Shown here: positions 1-9,993 of the stretch, one piece after another | Position numbering within the stretch: position 1 is the stretch's first letter | Layout of the letters: each line of letters begins with the position of its first letter | DNA from: Candidatus Krumholzibacteriota bacterium | GTDB lineage: Bacteria > Krumholzibacteriota > Krumholzibacteriia > LZORAL124-64-63 | Assembly: GCA_039714075.1 (NCBI GenBank) | Contig: JBDLKA010000010.1 | Coordinates: forward strand, 1 to 58,621 | Direction of reading: 5' to 3' | DNA: 58,621 nt | Notes under the pieces: model-generated | What the model saw: the letters and a program-made list of their open reading frames with translations, nothing else | Databases searched by the model: none | What the model was told of the DNA's origin: nothing | Position numbers and translations under genes: made by a program

Positions 1-686
1 TTCTGGTTACCCTGGTCATCAGGGGCATCAGGGGCATCAGGGGCATCCTGGGCTTGAGTTCCGGCCTCCTGCTTGAGCAGTTTGGGTTCGGCGCCGGGCA
101 GTTTGGCGGCGACATGGACGATGCGCTGCACCGTGGTCGCCAAAGTCGCCACCGCCAGGAACCAAAGGGCCAGTTCCACGGCCCAGCGGCCCAGCAGCAG
201 GGCCACCGTCAGGATGATCACCCGCTCGGTCCGCTGCAGGAACCCCACGTTACAGGTTTCCCCCACGCCTTCGGCGCGGGCCCGGACATAACTCGTGGTC
301 AGGCTGCCCACCACCACCCAGGTGATCAGGACCAGGGCCACGGCGTCGCCGCCGTAGGGCCGGGTGGCGAAATACCAGGTCAGCCCCGCGAAAAGGAAGG
401 CCTCGCCCAGGCGATCGAAGCAGGAGTCGAGGAAGGCTCCGCGGCGGGAAACCGTTCCCTGCATCCGGGCCAGATCGCCGTCGAGCATATCGAAGCCGGA
501 CCCGACGGCAAACACGATGGCCCCGAAAAAGAGTGCCCCCTGCGCCACGATCCAGCCGGAAACGGCGGTGATGAACAGTCCGACGAGGGAAACCGTCAAC
601 GGGGTCAAACCCAACCCGTCCAGCATCAGGACCAGGGGCCGCAGCCTGCCGCGGGCGGAATCCTTGATTTCCGTGAAACCCATCAT
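1..686 (-). CDS. CDP-alcohol phosphatidyltransferase, PI/PIP-synthase-like (partial, runs off left edge)
   Basis: Not in ORF track; hand translation from ATG at 686 gives MMGFTEIKDSARGRLRPLV...FDMLDGDLARMQGTVSRRGAFLDSCFDRLGE...SYVRARAEG...QRTER. CDP-OH transferase motif present, hydrophobic helices, GGAGG RBS, ATGA overlap with the rsmI stop. Confidence 0.9.
   Translation of the reverse strand, partial: MMGFTEIKDSARGRLRPLVLMLDGLGLTPLTVSLVGLFITAVSGWIVAQGALFFGAIVFAVGSGFDMLDGDLARMQGTVSRRGAFLDSCFDRLGEAFLFAGLTWYFATRPYGGDAVALVLITWVVVGSLTTSYVRARAEGVGETCNVGFLQRTERVIILTVALLLGRWAVELALWFLAVATLATTVQRIVHVAAKLPGAEPKLLKQEAGTQAQDAPDAPDAPDDQGNQ
17..47. repeat. 9-bp tandem repeat (aggggcatc x3) encoding Asp-Ala-Pro repeats in the C-terminal tail of the transferase
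   Basis: catc aggggcatc aggggcatc aggggcatc read directly. Confidence 0.8.
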
Positions 687-1429
687 TGTCCTCCTGTTTC
701 TCCGGCTGCGGTCAGCCGTCTTCCGCCCAGTCCCTGCAGGACCATGACCAGTTCGCCCTTGAGTCGCCGGCCCGTCAGGATTTCCAGCAGATCCTCCGCG
801 GTCCCCCGCAGGGTCTCTTCATGGATTTTAGAAATTTCCCGCGCTACGGCCACCTGCCGAGCGGGAGCCAATTCGCCCAGGATCTCCAGGGTCGAGCGGA
901 TCCGGTGGCAGGATTCGAAGATCAAAACCGTTCCCGGTTCTTCCAGGGCCATGGCCAGGAATTTCCGCCGCTGACCTTTTTTCCGCGGCGCGTAACCCAG
1001 GTAAAGGAAACGGTCGGGCGAATAGCCCGACATCACCAGGGCCGTCACCGTGCTCGAGGGCCCGGGAATCACCGTCCAGGGCAGATCCTCCTGGAGCAGG
1101 GTCCGGGTCAGGGTGAAGCCGGGATCCGAGATGCAGGGCATGCCCGCATCCGAAACCACGGCCACCTTTTCACCCTCCTTCAACCGGGCCACGATGACCG
1201 GAACCACTTTGACCTTGTTGTGGTCATGGTAACTGGCCAAGGGGACCTTGATACCGAAACGGTCCAGCAGCCGGCGCGTGTGGCGTGTGTCCTCCGCGAA
1301 AACGATATCGGCCGCGGCGAGCACGGCCAGGGCCCGCAGGCCGATGTCCCCCATGTTCCCGATGGGCGTGGCCACCAGATGGCACCGGCCGCCGGGAAAA
1401 TCCACTTCGGGCAGGGGCACCTGGATCAA
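683..1429 (-). CDS. rsmI: 16S rRNA (cytidine1402-2'-O)-methyltransferase
   Basis: LVATPIGNMGDI, AEDTRHT, VSDAGMPCISDPG, AREISKIHEE, KGELV motifs. True start is probably the TTG at 1429 overlapping the nadE stop; the upstream part of ORF 683..2356 overlaps nadE and is spurious. Confidence 0.93.
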   Translation of the reverse strand: MIQVPLPEVDFPGGRCHLVATPIGNMGDIGLRALAVLAAADIVFAEDTRHTRRLLDRFGIKVPLASYHDHNKVKVVPVIVARLKEGEKVAVVSDAGMPCISDPGFTLTRTLLQEDLPWTVIPGPSSTVTALVMSGYSPDRFLYLGYAPRKKGQRRKFLAMALEEPGTVLIFESCHRIRSTLEILGELAPARQVAVAREISKIHEETLRGTAEDLLEILTGRRLKGELVMVLQGLGGRRLTAAGETGGQ

Positions 1430-2301
1430 TGAAAGCCCCCGTCGGTAAAGGCTTCTCCAGGAGGCTCGGCTTCGGGACGACCCGCTTCCAGTTCGTCGGG
1501 GTGGACCCGGCCCGGAAATTCCGCCACCGGCGGCGCCGCCCGCTTGAAGGCCATGGCCCGGACCCGGCCGGCCACCCGGTCGATCAGGTCGGGCGCGAAG
1601 CCCAGGGTTTCCAGCTGCTTCGGCCCCAGGCCCTGATCGATCATGTGGACCAGCAGTCGATCGACTTCCGCATAGGTATAACCCAACTCGTCCTCGTCCG
1701 CCTGACCTTCCCACAGATCCGCGCTCGGGGCCTTGGCCAAGACCGCACGGGGCAGCCCCAGGTGGTCGGCCAACAGCCTGATTTCGGTCTTGTAGAGCCG
1801 GCCGACCGGGTTCAAGGCGCAGGCGTTGTCGCCGAACAGGGTCGTGTAGCCGAGCAGGGCCTCGGTGCGGTTGCCCGTACCCAGCACCAGCGACCCGTCG
1901 CGGGCCGAGACGTCGTACAGGACGATCATGCGGCAGCGGGCCATCACGTTGCCCCGGCGGACCTGTTCCGGCGCGGGGATGCCGGCCAGAAACGCGTCGG
2001 CCATCGGCGTGATTTCGACCTTCTCGGTTTTCATGTCCAAAACCGAGGCCACCGCCGCCGCGTCGGTCAGCGACGCCGCGGAACTGGTGGCATAGGGCAT
2101 CATCACCCCCAGCACCTTGTCCGCCCCCAGGGCCTGCACGGCCAGGCCCGCGGCCACCGCGGAATCGATCCCGCCGGAAAGACCCACGACCAGGGAATCC
2201 CGGCCCGCGGCCCGCATGGTCTCGCGAATGAATTCCGCACAGCGGGCGGCTGCCTCCTGTGGCGCGACAGCCCAGTCCGGGCGTTCCGGTTCCATGTTCA
2301 T
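1426..2301 (-). CDS. nadE: NH3-dependent NAD+ synthetase
   Basis: GLSGGIDSAV P-loop, GNVMARCRM, GTGNRTE, LYKTEI, KAPSADLWEGQADEDELG. Confidence 0.95.
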   Translation of the reverse strand: MNMEPERPDWAVAPQEAAARCAEFIRETMRAAGRDSLVVGLSGGIDSAVAAGLAVQALGADKVLGVMMPYATSSAASLTDAAAVASVLDMKTEKVEITPMADAFLAGIPAPEQVRRGNVMARCRMIVLYDVSARDGSLVLGTGNRTEALLGYTTLFGDNACALNPVGRLYKTEIRLLADHLGLPRAVLAKAPSADLWEGQADEDELGYTYAEVDRLLVHMIDQGLGPKQLETLGFAPDLIDRVAGRVRAMAFKRAAPPVAEFPGRVHPDELEAGRPEAEPPGEAFTDGGFH

Positions 2302-2360
2302 ATCGCCGTCTTCCTCCTGGAATCCAACCCCGGTTCAGGGGCCATGACCCGGCCAATTTT

Positions 2361-3809
2361 TCAACTGCGCCGCCATGCGCCGGGCAGGAACAATACCAGT
2401 ACCGTGAAAATCTCCAACCTGCCGATCAGCATGAACAGCACCAGGAGCCACTTTTCCCAGCCCAGCATGCAGGAGTAGTTGCTCGCCGGACCGACCAGAC
2501 CCAGGCCCGGACCGATGTTCCCCAGGGTGGCGGCCGTGGCCCCCACGCTGGTCACGATGTCCCGGCCTCCCATGGTCAGGATCAGGACCCCCGCAATATA
2601 CACCACCATGTAGAGCAGGAAAAAGCCGAGAACGTTGGTCAAGAGCGACGGGGAAAGAGCCCGGTCGTTGAACCACAGGGTAAACACGCCCCGGGGGTGC
2701 AGCATCTTTTTCAGTTCCATCTTGGCGTGGCGCAAAAGGATGAACACCCGCATCACCTTGATGCCCCCGCCCGTCGAGCCGGCGCAACCTCCGACCGTCA
2801 TCAGGACCAGCAGGACGGCGTGGCCCAGCGGCGGCCATTGCAGGTAGTCGGCGGTGCCGAATCCCGTGGTCGTCAGGATGGAGACGATCTGGAACAGCGC
2901 GTGCCGCAGGGTGTCGTGCCAGGAAGGATAGAAATGGATCGAGACGAGCATCACGGTGAGCATCAGGGAACCGGCCAGCACGATCGACGAGTAGAACCGG
3001 AATTCCTCATCCCGCGGATAAACCCGCCACCGGCCCGTCAGGGCCAGGTAATGCAGGGAAAAATTGGTTCCCGCCAGGAACATGAACACGATGATGATCC
3101 ATTCCACGGCCGGCGTCGCGTAGCCGCCGACACTGGCATTGTGGTTGCTGAACCCGCCGGTGGCCATGGTGGCGAACGAATGGCAGACGGCATCGAAGGG
3201 CCCCATGCCGGCGATCATCAGGGCGGCGATCTCGAGGACGGTGAAAAGAAAATAGACCGCCCACAGGAGCTTGGCCGTCTCGCGGATGCGGGGCGTCAAC
3301 CGTTCGGCCACCGGTCCGGGGACCTCGGCCCGGAAAAGCTGCATGCCGCCGACCCCGAGCAGGGGCAGGATGGCCACGGCCAGCAGCACGATCCCCATGC
3401 CGCCCAGCCAGTGGGACAGCGCGCGCCAGAAAAGGGTGCCGTGGCTACGGCTTTCTATGTCGGTGAGAATGGACGCCCCGGTGGTTGTGAAACCCGAAAT
3501 GGACTCGAAGGCCGCGTCGGTGAACGAGGGGATCTGGCCGCTGAGCCAGAAGGGCAACGCGCCCAGCAGACCCACGCATAGCCAGCCGAAAGCCACCACC
3601 GCAAAACCTTCGCGGATGCGAAGGTCGGGCGCATCGCGGAGGATGACCAGGGTGCCCCCGCCGACCACCGCGCCGATGCCCGCGGAAATCAGGTACCAGA
3701 CCCAGTCGCCTTCCCGGTACAGCAACGACACCAGGGCCGGCAGCACCAGGCAGCCGGCGGTGACCAGCATCAGGAAGCCCAGGACCTTGACGACGGACCG
3801 GATATTCAC
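2361..3809 (-). CDS. trkH: Trk potassium uptake membrane protein
   Basis: FESISGFTTTGAS, WLGGMGI, TTTGF, GGCAGSTGGGIK, LGNIGPG, GRLEIF. Confidence 0.95.
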   Translation of the reverse strand: MNIRSVVKVLGFLMLVTAGCLVLPALVSLLYREGDWVWYLISAGIGAVVGGGTLVILRDAPDLRIREGFAVVAFGWLCVGLLGALPFWLSGQIPSFTDAAFESISGFTTTGASILTDIESRSHGTLFWRALSHWLGGMGIVLLAVAILPLLGVGGMQLFRAEVPGPVAERLTPRIRETAKLLWAVYFLFTVLEIAALMIAGMGPFDAVCHSFATMATGGFSNHNASVGGYATPAVEWIIIVFMFLAGTNFSLHYLALTGRWRVYPRDEEFRFYSSIVLAGSLMLTVMLVSIHFYPSWHDTLRHALFQIVSILTTTGFGTADYLQWPPLGHAVLLVLMTVGGCAGSTGGGIKVMRVFILLRHAKMELKKMLHPRGVFTLWFNDRALSPSLLTNVLGFFLLYMVVYIAGVLILTMGGRDIVTSVGATAATLGNIGPGLGLVGPASNYSCMLGWEKWLLVLFMLIGRLEIFTVLVLFLPGAWRRS

Positions 3810-5152
3810 GATTCGCCGCCGGCGAAGAATTCCGCGACCTCGTCCACCGCGTCCGGCAGGGCGAAAACGACCACCTCGTCGCCCGCGGTCAGGATCGTAT
3901 CACCGCGTGGGGTAACGACCCGGCCCCGCTTGAGCACCGCCCCGATGACGGCGTGGCTGGGAAACCGGAGGTCCATCAGCTTGTCCCCCAGCCAGGAGCA
4001 CTTGTCGCCCACGCGCAGCTGCAGGATTTCCGCGCCGGTGTGCCCCAGGTTCTCCGCGTCGATGACCGCGCCCCGCTTGACGAAGCGGCCGATCCAGGTC
4101 GAGGTGGACAGCCGGGGTGAAATCGCCGAATCCACTCCCAGAAGCGGCAGCAGGGGCACGTAATCCGGCCGGTTGACCAGGCAGACGGTCTTGCCCGCCC
4201 CGTGGTGGCGCGCCAGAAGGCAGGCCATGATGTTCGTTTCCTCGTCGCTGCTTACCGAAACGAACCCGTCCATTTCGCTGACGCCTTCGCTTTCCAGCAG
4301 CTCGGTGTCCGAGCCTTCGCCGTGCAGGACCATCGCCTTGCGGAGCTGCTCGGACGCGCGCCGGCATTTCTCCTCGTTGCGGTCGATGATCTTGACCTTG
4401 ACCCCGGCGGCCAGGAGATCCCGGGCCAGCTCGCGCCCCATGGCGTTGGCCCCGACGATCATCACCCGGGACAGACGCCGCTCGGCGGAACGGAAATAGA
4501 TGAGGGAGCGGTCGACGGTCCGCCGGGTGCCGGCCAGGAACACCTGGTCGTCGGCCATGATCACCGTGCCCCCGTCCGGGATGAGGGTTTCCTCGCCACG
4601 GACGATCGTTGTCACCAGGGCGATGTTGCTGCCCAGGGTCCGGTTGATCTCGGCCAGGGTCAGTCCTTCCACCTTCGACCCCGGTTCCACCCGCGCGCCG
4701 ATGATGCGAACCTTCCCCCCCGCGAATTCATGGACTTCGGTGGCCCCGGTCTGGAACAGGACCTCGCGGATGGCGTGAACCGCCTCGTGCAGGGGGTTGA
4801 TGGCCAGATCGATTCCATCGAGCAGCAGCCGGTGGTCCTGGTAGAAGTGCTCCTGGCGGACCCGGGCGACCTTGACCCGGGCGCCCAGGGCGTGGGCGGT
4901 CTGGCAGGCGATGATGTTGATTTCGTCCCGGTCGGTGACGGCCGCGAACAGGTCGCAGTCCTTCATCCCTATCTCGTTCAAAACGGAAGGGCTGACCCCG
5001 TTGCCGACCACGAACCGGCAATCCAGGTGCTCGCTGACCTTGTCCACCTGTTCCTGGTCCATCTCCACCAGGATCAGGTCGTGTTCCCGGCGGGTGATGA
5101 TCCGGGCCAGCTGGAAGCCGACCGCCCCGGCACCGATAATGACGATTTTCAC
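3806..5152 (-). CDS. trkA: Trk potassium uptake NAD-binding subunit
   Basis: Two RCK_N ([16 protein letters not shown]) and two RCK_C domains; overlaps trkH. Confidence 0.95.
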   Translation of the reverse strand: MKIVIIGAGAVGFQLARIITRREHDLILVEMDQEQVDKVSEHLDCRFVVGNGVSPSVLNEIGMKDCDLFAAVTDRDEINIIACQTAHALGARVKVARVRQEHFYQDHRLLLDGIDLAINPLHEAVHAIREVLFQTGATEVHEFAGGKVRIIGARVEPGSKVEGLTLAEINRTLGSNIALVTTIVRGEETLIPDGGTVIMADDQVFLAGTRRTVDRSLIYFRSAERRLSRVMIVGANAMGRELARDLLAAGVKVKIIDRNEEKCRRASEQLRKAMVLHGEGSDTELLESEGVSEMDGFVSVSSDEETNIMACLLARHHGAGKTVCLVNRPDYVPLLPLLGVDSAISPRLSTSTWIGRFVKRGAVIDAENLGHTGAEILQLRVGDKCSWLGDKLMDLRFPSHAVIGAVLKRGRVVTPRGDTILTAGDEVVVFALPDAVDEVAEFFAGGES

Positions 5153-6201
5153 GACCCGGCTCCCGTGAATGAGTTGAGGACCTCGACGGCGCGGTCGATA
5201 TCCGCGTCTTCATGTTCGAGATGGGGAACCAGCCTGACCCGGCCCGGTCCGAAACCCACCCCCAGCACGCCGCAACCTTCCAGGTGGCCCAGGAGGGTCT
5301 CGTCCTGACCCTGGCCGGCCACATCGATGATCACGATGTTGGTGTCCACCGGATGATTCACCTTCAGGCCCGGATGGTCAAGTCCCATAGCCAGGGCCCG
5401 GGCATGGGCGTGGTCCACCGCCAGTCTGTCCAGGTGATGTTCCAGGGCGTAGAGGCAGGCCGCGGCCAGGATTCCCGCCTGGCGCATGCCTCCACCCAAC
5501 ATTTTGCGGAAGCGGTGGGCCCGGACGATGGTCGCCGCGTCGGCGGCCAGGACCGAACCGACCGGGGCGCCCAGAGCCTTGGAAAAACACACGCTCACCG
5601 AATCCACCGGGGCGGCCAGGTCGGCCAGGGACAAACCCGTCGCCACGTGGGCGTGCCACAGACGCGCGCCGTCCAGATGCACCTTCAAGTCCCTGGCGCG
5701 GGCTTCGCGGGCAATCTCCACCACGCTGTCCTGGGGCATAATCCGCCCGCCGGCCCGGTTGTGGGTGTTTTCCAGACACACCATCGCCGGCACGGCGCAG
5801 TGGACGTTGTCGGGGTTCAGCGCCGCGGCGACCAGGGGCCAGTCAAGCAGGCCGCCGGGAGCCGGGACGCAGGTCACCAGCAATCCGCTCAGGGCGGCGG
5901 GTCCGCCGGCTTCGTACCGGTAGATGTGGGCGCCGTCCTCCAGGACGATCTGGTCGCCCGGCCGCGTCTGGGCCCGCAGGGCCAGCTGGTTGCCCATGGT
6001 CCCGCTGGGTACGAACAGGGCGGCTTCGGTGCCCAGCATTTCCGCGACCACGTCCTGCAGCCGGTTGACGGTGGGATCGTCACCGAAGACATCGTCGCCG
6101 ACCTCGGCCTCGGCCATCGCCCGGCGCATGCCCGCGGTGGGGCGCGTCACGGTGTCGCTGCGCATATCGATCGGTTTTGTGGATGGGAAAGGGGATGCCA
6201 T
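5149..6201 (-). CDS. ltaE: Low-specificity L-threonine aldolase
   Basis: [62 protein letters not shown]. Confidence 0.95.
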   Translation of the reverse strand: MASPFPSTKPIDMRSDTVTRPTAGMRRAMAEAEVGDDVFGDDPTVNRLQDVVAEMLGTEAALFVPSGTMGNQLALRAQTRPGDQIVLEDGAHIYRYEAGGPAALSGLLVTCVPAPGGLLDWPLVAAALNPDNVHCAVPAMVCLENTHNRAGGRIMPQDSVVEIAREARARDLKVHLDGARLWHAHVATGLSLADLAAPVDSVSVCFSKALGAPVGSVLAADAATIVRAHRFRKMLGGGMRQAGILAAACLYALEHHLDRLAVDHAHARALAMGLDHPGLKVNHPVDTNIVIIDVAGQGQDETLLGHLEGCGVLGVGFGPGRVRLVPHLEHEDADIDRAVEVLNSFTGAGS

Positions 6202-6313
6202 GATTCCACCCCGGGGGTTGAGGTCGAAACAGAAAGAACCGGCATTCCGGTTCAGAAGCCGGAAAACCGGTTCAAAGGATCATCGTCAGGTTCCCCGCAG
6301 GATGACGAAAACA

Positions 6314-6595
6314 TCAACCCGCGGCGGCGACCTTGTCCTTCAACATCTTGGACACCTTGAAGACGGGAACCTTGCGCGACGGAACAGGTACGGCCTCGCC
6401 GGTGCGGGGATTCCGTGCCATGCGTTCCTTGCGTTCCTTGACCTTGAAGGTTCCGAAGCCGCGAATCTCCAGATGCTGACCGTTGACCAGCAGATCCCCG
6501 ATCTTTTCCAGGAAAAGATCCACCGTTTCGGCAACTTCCTTCTTGGTCAGACCAGTCCTTTGCGCGATGTCCTCAACGATATCGGCCTTGGTCAT
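6314..6595 (-). CDS. HU/IHF family DNA-binding protein
   Basis: MTKADIVE...EIRGFGTFKVKERKERMARNPRTGE...PVFKVSK; ATG at 6595 with GGAGG RBS. Confidence 0.95.
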   Translation of the reverse strand: MTKADIVEDIAQRTGLTKKEVAETVDLFLEKIGDLLVNGQHLEIRGFGTFKVKERKERMARNPRTGEAVPVPSRKVPVFKVSKMLKDKVAAAG

Positions 6596-6893
6596 GACTA
6601 CCCTCCTACTTTCCTCCGTTACACCCCTTACATCTCGGGATTCTGATAGCATGTAACAGCATAAACCATGAGATGTCAAGGGCTTTATGTCTCCCGGACC
6701 CTTCCCGGGTGCTACCGTGCGGCCCCGGGATCAGGAACGGGCAAGATGCATGATCCGGACGGCCCCGGTGTCGCAAACCGGCAGAGCGCAGGATGCCTCC
6801 TGAGTTCCCATGACTCCCCCCGGCTCCTCCAGCGATCTCCTAATTGATTGTTTTTTAATGGTTTTAAGTTGTTCGACTTACGGCTTCGGCTAT

Positions 6894-6909
6894 TGGCACC
6901 CGCTTTGCA
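6894..6909 (+). promoter_or_regulatory. Sigma-54 (-24/-12) promoter of the lipoprotein pair
   Basis: TGGCAC-CCGCT-TTGCA with exact GG-N10-GC spacing; AT-rich tract just upstream; about 125 bp before the ATG at 7033. Confidence 0.75.
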
Positions 6910-7032
6910 ATTGGCTCGCCTGAGAATGTGGCCGGAAGGGCAGTCAACAAACAACTGTGCCACAGCTACGGATCCCTTTCGGCCCATTCCAAAACCATCG
7001 GGCAACTTAGCGAACTTTGAAGGAGGACCATA

Positions 7033-7449
7033 ATGGTCAGCAACAAGATGATCGTGACTTTCATGCTCATCGCCGCCGCAGCGCTGGTGTGCACCGGCTG
7101 CAGCGACGACAGCCCCGTCACCCCCCCGCCTGCGATTGACACCGCTCCTCCGGCCGTTCCGGCCAACCTGAGCGTGGATCATGCCGCGGATACCGCCGTC
7201 ATCAACTGGGATCTGAGCACCGTCGATACCGACCTGGCGGGCTACATCGTGACTAGGGAAAATGGTGGCGCCACTGAAACCCTGATCGGCACCCCGGCGC
7301 TTATCTCCAGCTACGAGGACGAAAGCCCTCTGCCCGGCCTCACCCTGTACCACGTCTACTCCGTGGACTATACGGGTAACGAGAGCGCCGTGGCGACCGT
7401 CAGTCTGACGATCATCCAGGGTCACCAAATCCTGGACCTGAACAACTAG
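7033..7449 (+). CDS. Lipoprotein with a single fibronectin-III-like domain
   Basis: Signal peptide and lipobox (VCTGC), DTAPPAVP, DLAGYIV, YSVDYTGNES; AGGAGG RBS. Confidence 0.8.
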   Translation: MVSNKMIVTFMLIAAAALVCTGCSDDSPVTPPPAIDTAPPAVPANLSVDHAADTAVINWDLSTVDTDLAGYIVTRENGGATETLIGTPALISSYEDESPLPGLTLYHVYSVDYTGNESAVATVSLTIIQGHQILDLNN

Positions 7450-7490
7450 CAGCTTGAGCCGGAGATGGTTCCCGTTCGCTGGGTGATCAA

Positions 7491-7522
7491 AAAGACCCTC
7501 CGTCACCAGACGGAGGGTCTTT
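7491..7522. terminator. Perfect 14-bp stem hairpin between the two lipoprotein genes
   Basis: aaagaccctccgtc-acca-gacggagggtcttt. Confidence 0.7.
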
Positions 7523-7560
7523 CCGGTTAAAGGGAACCTCAACGACAGGAAGAACACCAC

Positions 7561-7977
7561 ATGAAGGCATTGATGATTACGGCAGCCATCCCCCTGGCCC
7601 TGGCCATGGCCGGCTGCACCGACACCACGGCTCCGACGGCTCCGGCCCCGGAGTTGCCCCTGATCGACACGGCCCCACCCGCAATTCCGACCGGGTTATG
7701 GGCCACCCCGACCGAACGCTACTCCGTCAAGTTGGCCTGGGATCCCAATACCACCGATTGGGACATCAAAGGCTACCTTGTCTACCGGCTGGCTTTCGGC
7801 CATGTATACCCCCTGACCACCGAGCCGACGAGCGAACCCAGGTACGTCGACAAGGACCCCCTGGACGGACCCTGCCTTTATGCCGTGACCTCGATCGATG
7901 AGGCGGGCAACGAAAGCGGGTGGATCCAGATCCGTTACAATTTCGAACGGGAAGACGCGGTACCCAGGGCCGAGTAG
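7561..7977 (+). CDS. Lipoprotein with a single fibronectin-III-like domain (paralog of 7033..7449)
   Basis: Lipobox LAMAGC, DTAPPAIP, DIKGYLVYR, VTSIDEAGNES. Confidence 0.8.
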   Translation: MKALMITAAIPLALAMAGCTDTTAPTAPAPELPLIDTAPPAIPTGLWATPTERYSVKLAWDPNTTDWDIKGYLVYRLAFGHVYPLTTEPTSEPRYVDKDPLDGPCLYAVTSIDEAGNESGWIQIRYNFEREDAVPRAE

Positions 7978-7985
7978 AACCGACT

Positions 7986-8678
7986 TCAGGGCCCGCCCAG
8001 GCGGGCCACTGTTTCGGCGATCTGCAGGAACGGATTGATGACGGCCATGATGGCCCCCGAGAACAGGCCCCCCACCGGCGTGTACCTGACCAGCATCAGG
8101 AAACCGATCACGATCAGCATGCCGTAGCGCCGCAGATTCTCGTAGTTGGCCCGGGCTTCGTAGGGAAGGAACCGGCTGAGAATCCAGCTTCCGTCCAACG
8201 GCGGCAAGGGCAGCAGGTTGAACACGGCCAGGACCACGTTGATCATCACCCCGGTCTGGAACATCGTGAAAAGGAACATCACCAGGGAAGGCTCGGCGGG
8301 ACGGCCGTAGGCCGCCGGGGGATATCCGCCGATGGCCAGCGTCAGTCCCAGAAGGACCGAAAAAACCAGGGCCAGCAACAGATTGCTGACCGGACCGGCG
8401 GCCGCGACTTTCGGGTGATCGTCCATGGGGTTGTTCAACCGGCCGGGATGAACGGGCACCGGTTTCGCCCAGCCGAACATGATGCCGCCGGTAAAGGACA
8501 GGAGCAACGGAACGACGATGCTCCCCACCGGGTCGATATGGGGCAAAGGATTCAGGGTCAACCGGCCCGCGTCATGAGCGGTGGGGTCGCCCAGCTTCCA
8601 GGCGGTCCAGCCGTGGGCGACCTCATGCACGACAATGGAAAAAACCAGGACCAGGATTTTTACGGCGATTAGTTCCAA
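7986..8678 (-). CDS. Site-2 protease family (M50) membrane metalloprotease
   Basis: HEVAHG, GDPTA..AGRLTLNPLPHID, AAAGPVSN, FNLLPLPPLDG; likely TTG start at 8678. Confidence 0.9.
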   Translation of the reverse strand: MELIAVKILVLVFSIVVHEVAHGWTAWKLGDPTAHDAGRLTLNPLPHIDPVGSIVVPLLLSFTGGIMFGWAKPVPVHPGRLNNPMDDHPKVAAAGPVSNLLLALVFSVLLGLTLAIGGYPPAAYGRPAEPSLVMFLFTMFQTGVMINVVLAVFNLLPLPPLDGSWILSRFLPYEARANYENLRRYGMLIVIGFLMLVRYTPVGGLFSGAIMAVINPFLQIAETVARLGGP

Positions 8679-8697
8679 ACCAAACCTTCTTTTCCGG

Positions 8698-9843
8698 TTA
8701 TTTGTCGATCCGCCTCCGGCCGGAAAGGCCCAGCCAGGCTTCCCAGACCTCGTCCACACCGATGCCTTCCATCCAGCCGAATTCCCCGCCCCTGCGGTCG
8801 GGAACCTGCTCCCGGCTGCGGACCATCCCGACCTCGGGAGCGGGCGGTTTCCAGAGCGCCGGGTTCGTCGGTCCGAACAGGGCCACGGTGGGCACCCGCA
8901 GCGCGCCGGCCATGTGCATGACCCCGGTGTCGTTGCAGAGGAAACGGTCGGCCAGTTGCAGCAGGGCCGCCCCCACGCCCACCGGACACGCCGGGGCGAT
9001 TCCGATTCCATTGCCCATTTCGTCACCAAGCAGTTCGACCAGCTCGGCCAACGGCTCCCGGTCGGCGGGCCCGTGAAGGATCAGGACCTTGTTGCCGGCG
9101 GCCGTGGCCCGCCGCACGATCTCGGCAAACCCGGCGGCGGGCCAGATGTTCTGCTTTTTCCCCGCCCCCGGATGAACCGCCCAGAATCCCGGAGTCAAAC
9201 CGAGATCGGTCAGGATGCGCCGGGCGAAGGCGGTTTCCTCTGCAGAGGGCGCCACCACCGTGGAATGATCGTCCGTGGTGATCCCGATGGCGCGCAGGGG
9301 AACCAGGTTATGTTCCACCGCATGCACCTCCTGCCGCGGATCCGACGGCATCACCAGGGAAAAGGCGTGGCGGCTGATGTCCCAGTCGAAAGGTTCGCTG
9401 TCGCCGCCGACCACGTACCGGGCGCCCGAAGCCAGGGCGATGGCGGAACTGGTCACCGAAAAGGAAACGCTGCTCAGGACAAACGCCACCTCGGCGCGGT
9501 AGTTCCGCAGCCAACCCACGAAGGAGAACAGCAGGCCGGGACGGCGCCACATTTTCCGGTCGAAGGTGACCACGTGATCCAGGTGGGGATTGTGCCGCAC
9601 GACTTCGACGTTCACCGGAGCGGTGACCAGGGCCAGTTCCGCCGCGGGCCAGGTTTCCCGGATCGCCCGCAGGGCCGGAGTGGCGCAGACCATGTCCCCC
9701 ATCTGGTTGTGCTGGCGGACGATCAGGATTCGGCGCGGCTTCAGGGCCACCAGTTCCGCCGGAGACAACGCGGGCCGCCGGGACAGCCGGGCCATCAGGC
9801 TGCTGACCTGGCGTTTCAGGGTGCGATTCATGATGCGATTCAT
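8698..9843 (-). CDS. Glycosyltransferase family 9 (LPS heptosyltransferase-like)
   Basis: ILIVRQHNQMGD, HPGAG, NDTGVMHMAGAL.VPTVALFGPT; start at 9843 or 9831. Confidence 0.88.
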   Translation of the reverse strand: MNRIMNRTLKRQVSSLMARLSRRPALSPAELVALKPRRILIVRQHNQMGDMVCATPALRAIRETWPAAELALVTAPVNVEVVRHNPHLDHVVTFDRKMWRRPGLLFSFVGWLRNYRAEVAFVLSSVSFSVTSSAIALASGARYVVGGDSEPFDWDISRHAFSLVMPSDPRQEVHAVEHNLVPLRAIGITTDDHSTVVAPSAEETAFARRILTDLGLTPGFWAVHPGAGKKQNIWPAAGFAEIVRRATAAGNKVLILHGPADREPLAELVELLGDEMGNGIGIAPACPVGVGAALLQLADRFLCNDTGVMHMAGALRVPTVALFGPTNPALWKPPAPEVGMVRSREQVPDRRGGEFGWMEGIGVDEVWEAWLGLSGRRRIDK

Positions 9844-9900
9844 GATGTGTTCATGATGTTTAAGGGATGCGTGCTCATGACTCCATGCTGATGCGGGAAT

Positions 9901-9916
9901 TGGCACACCCCTTGCG
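9901..9916 (+). promoter_or_regulatory. Sigma-54 (-24/-12) promoter
   Basis: TGGCAC-ACCCC-TTGCG with exact GG-N10-GC spacing, about 78 bp upstream of ORF 9994. Confidence 0.65.
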
Positions 9917-9993
9917 ATCCTCGGGGTTCATGCCGGTTTGTTCCGGCGGCCGCAACCGGCCGCCGGGCCCGGCCGTCACCGGGAGAATGTCAT

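Noticed and set aside
1430..2356. Apparent 557-aa RsmI with a long N-terminal extension
   Set aside because: The extension overlaps nadE in another frame and is low-complexity Arg/Gly/Pro; a coupled TTG start at 1429 explains the gene.
6920..7030. Riboswitch in the lipoprotein leader
   Set aside because: I could not match a known aptamer consensus by eye; an Rfam scan would settle it.
9820..9860. Short tandem repeats (here and at 17-47) as a CRISPR array
   Set aside because: Units are 9-12 bp with no spacers, and there are no cas genes.
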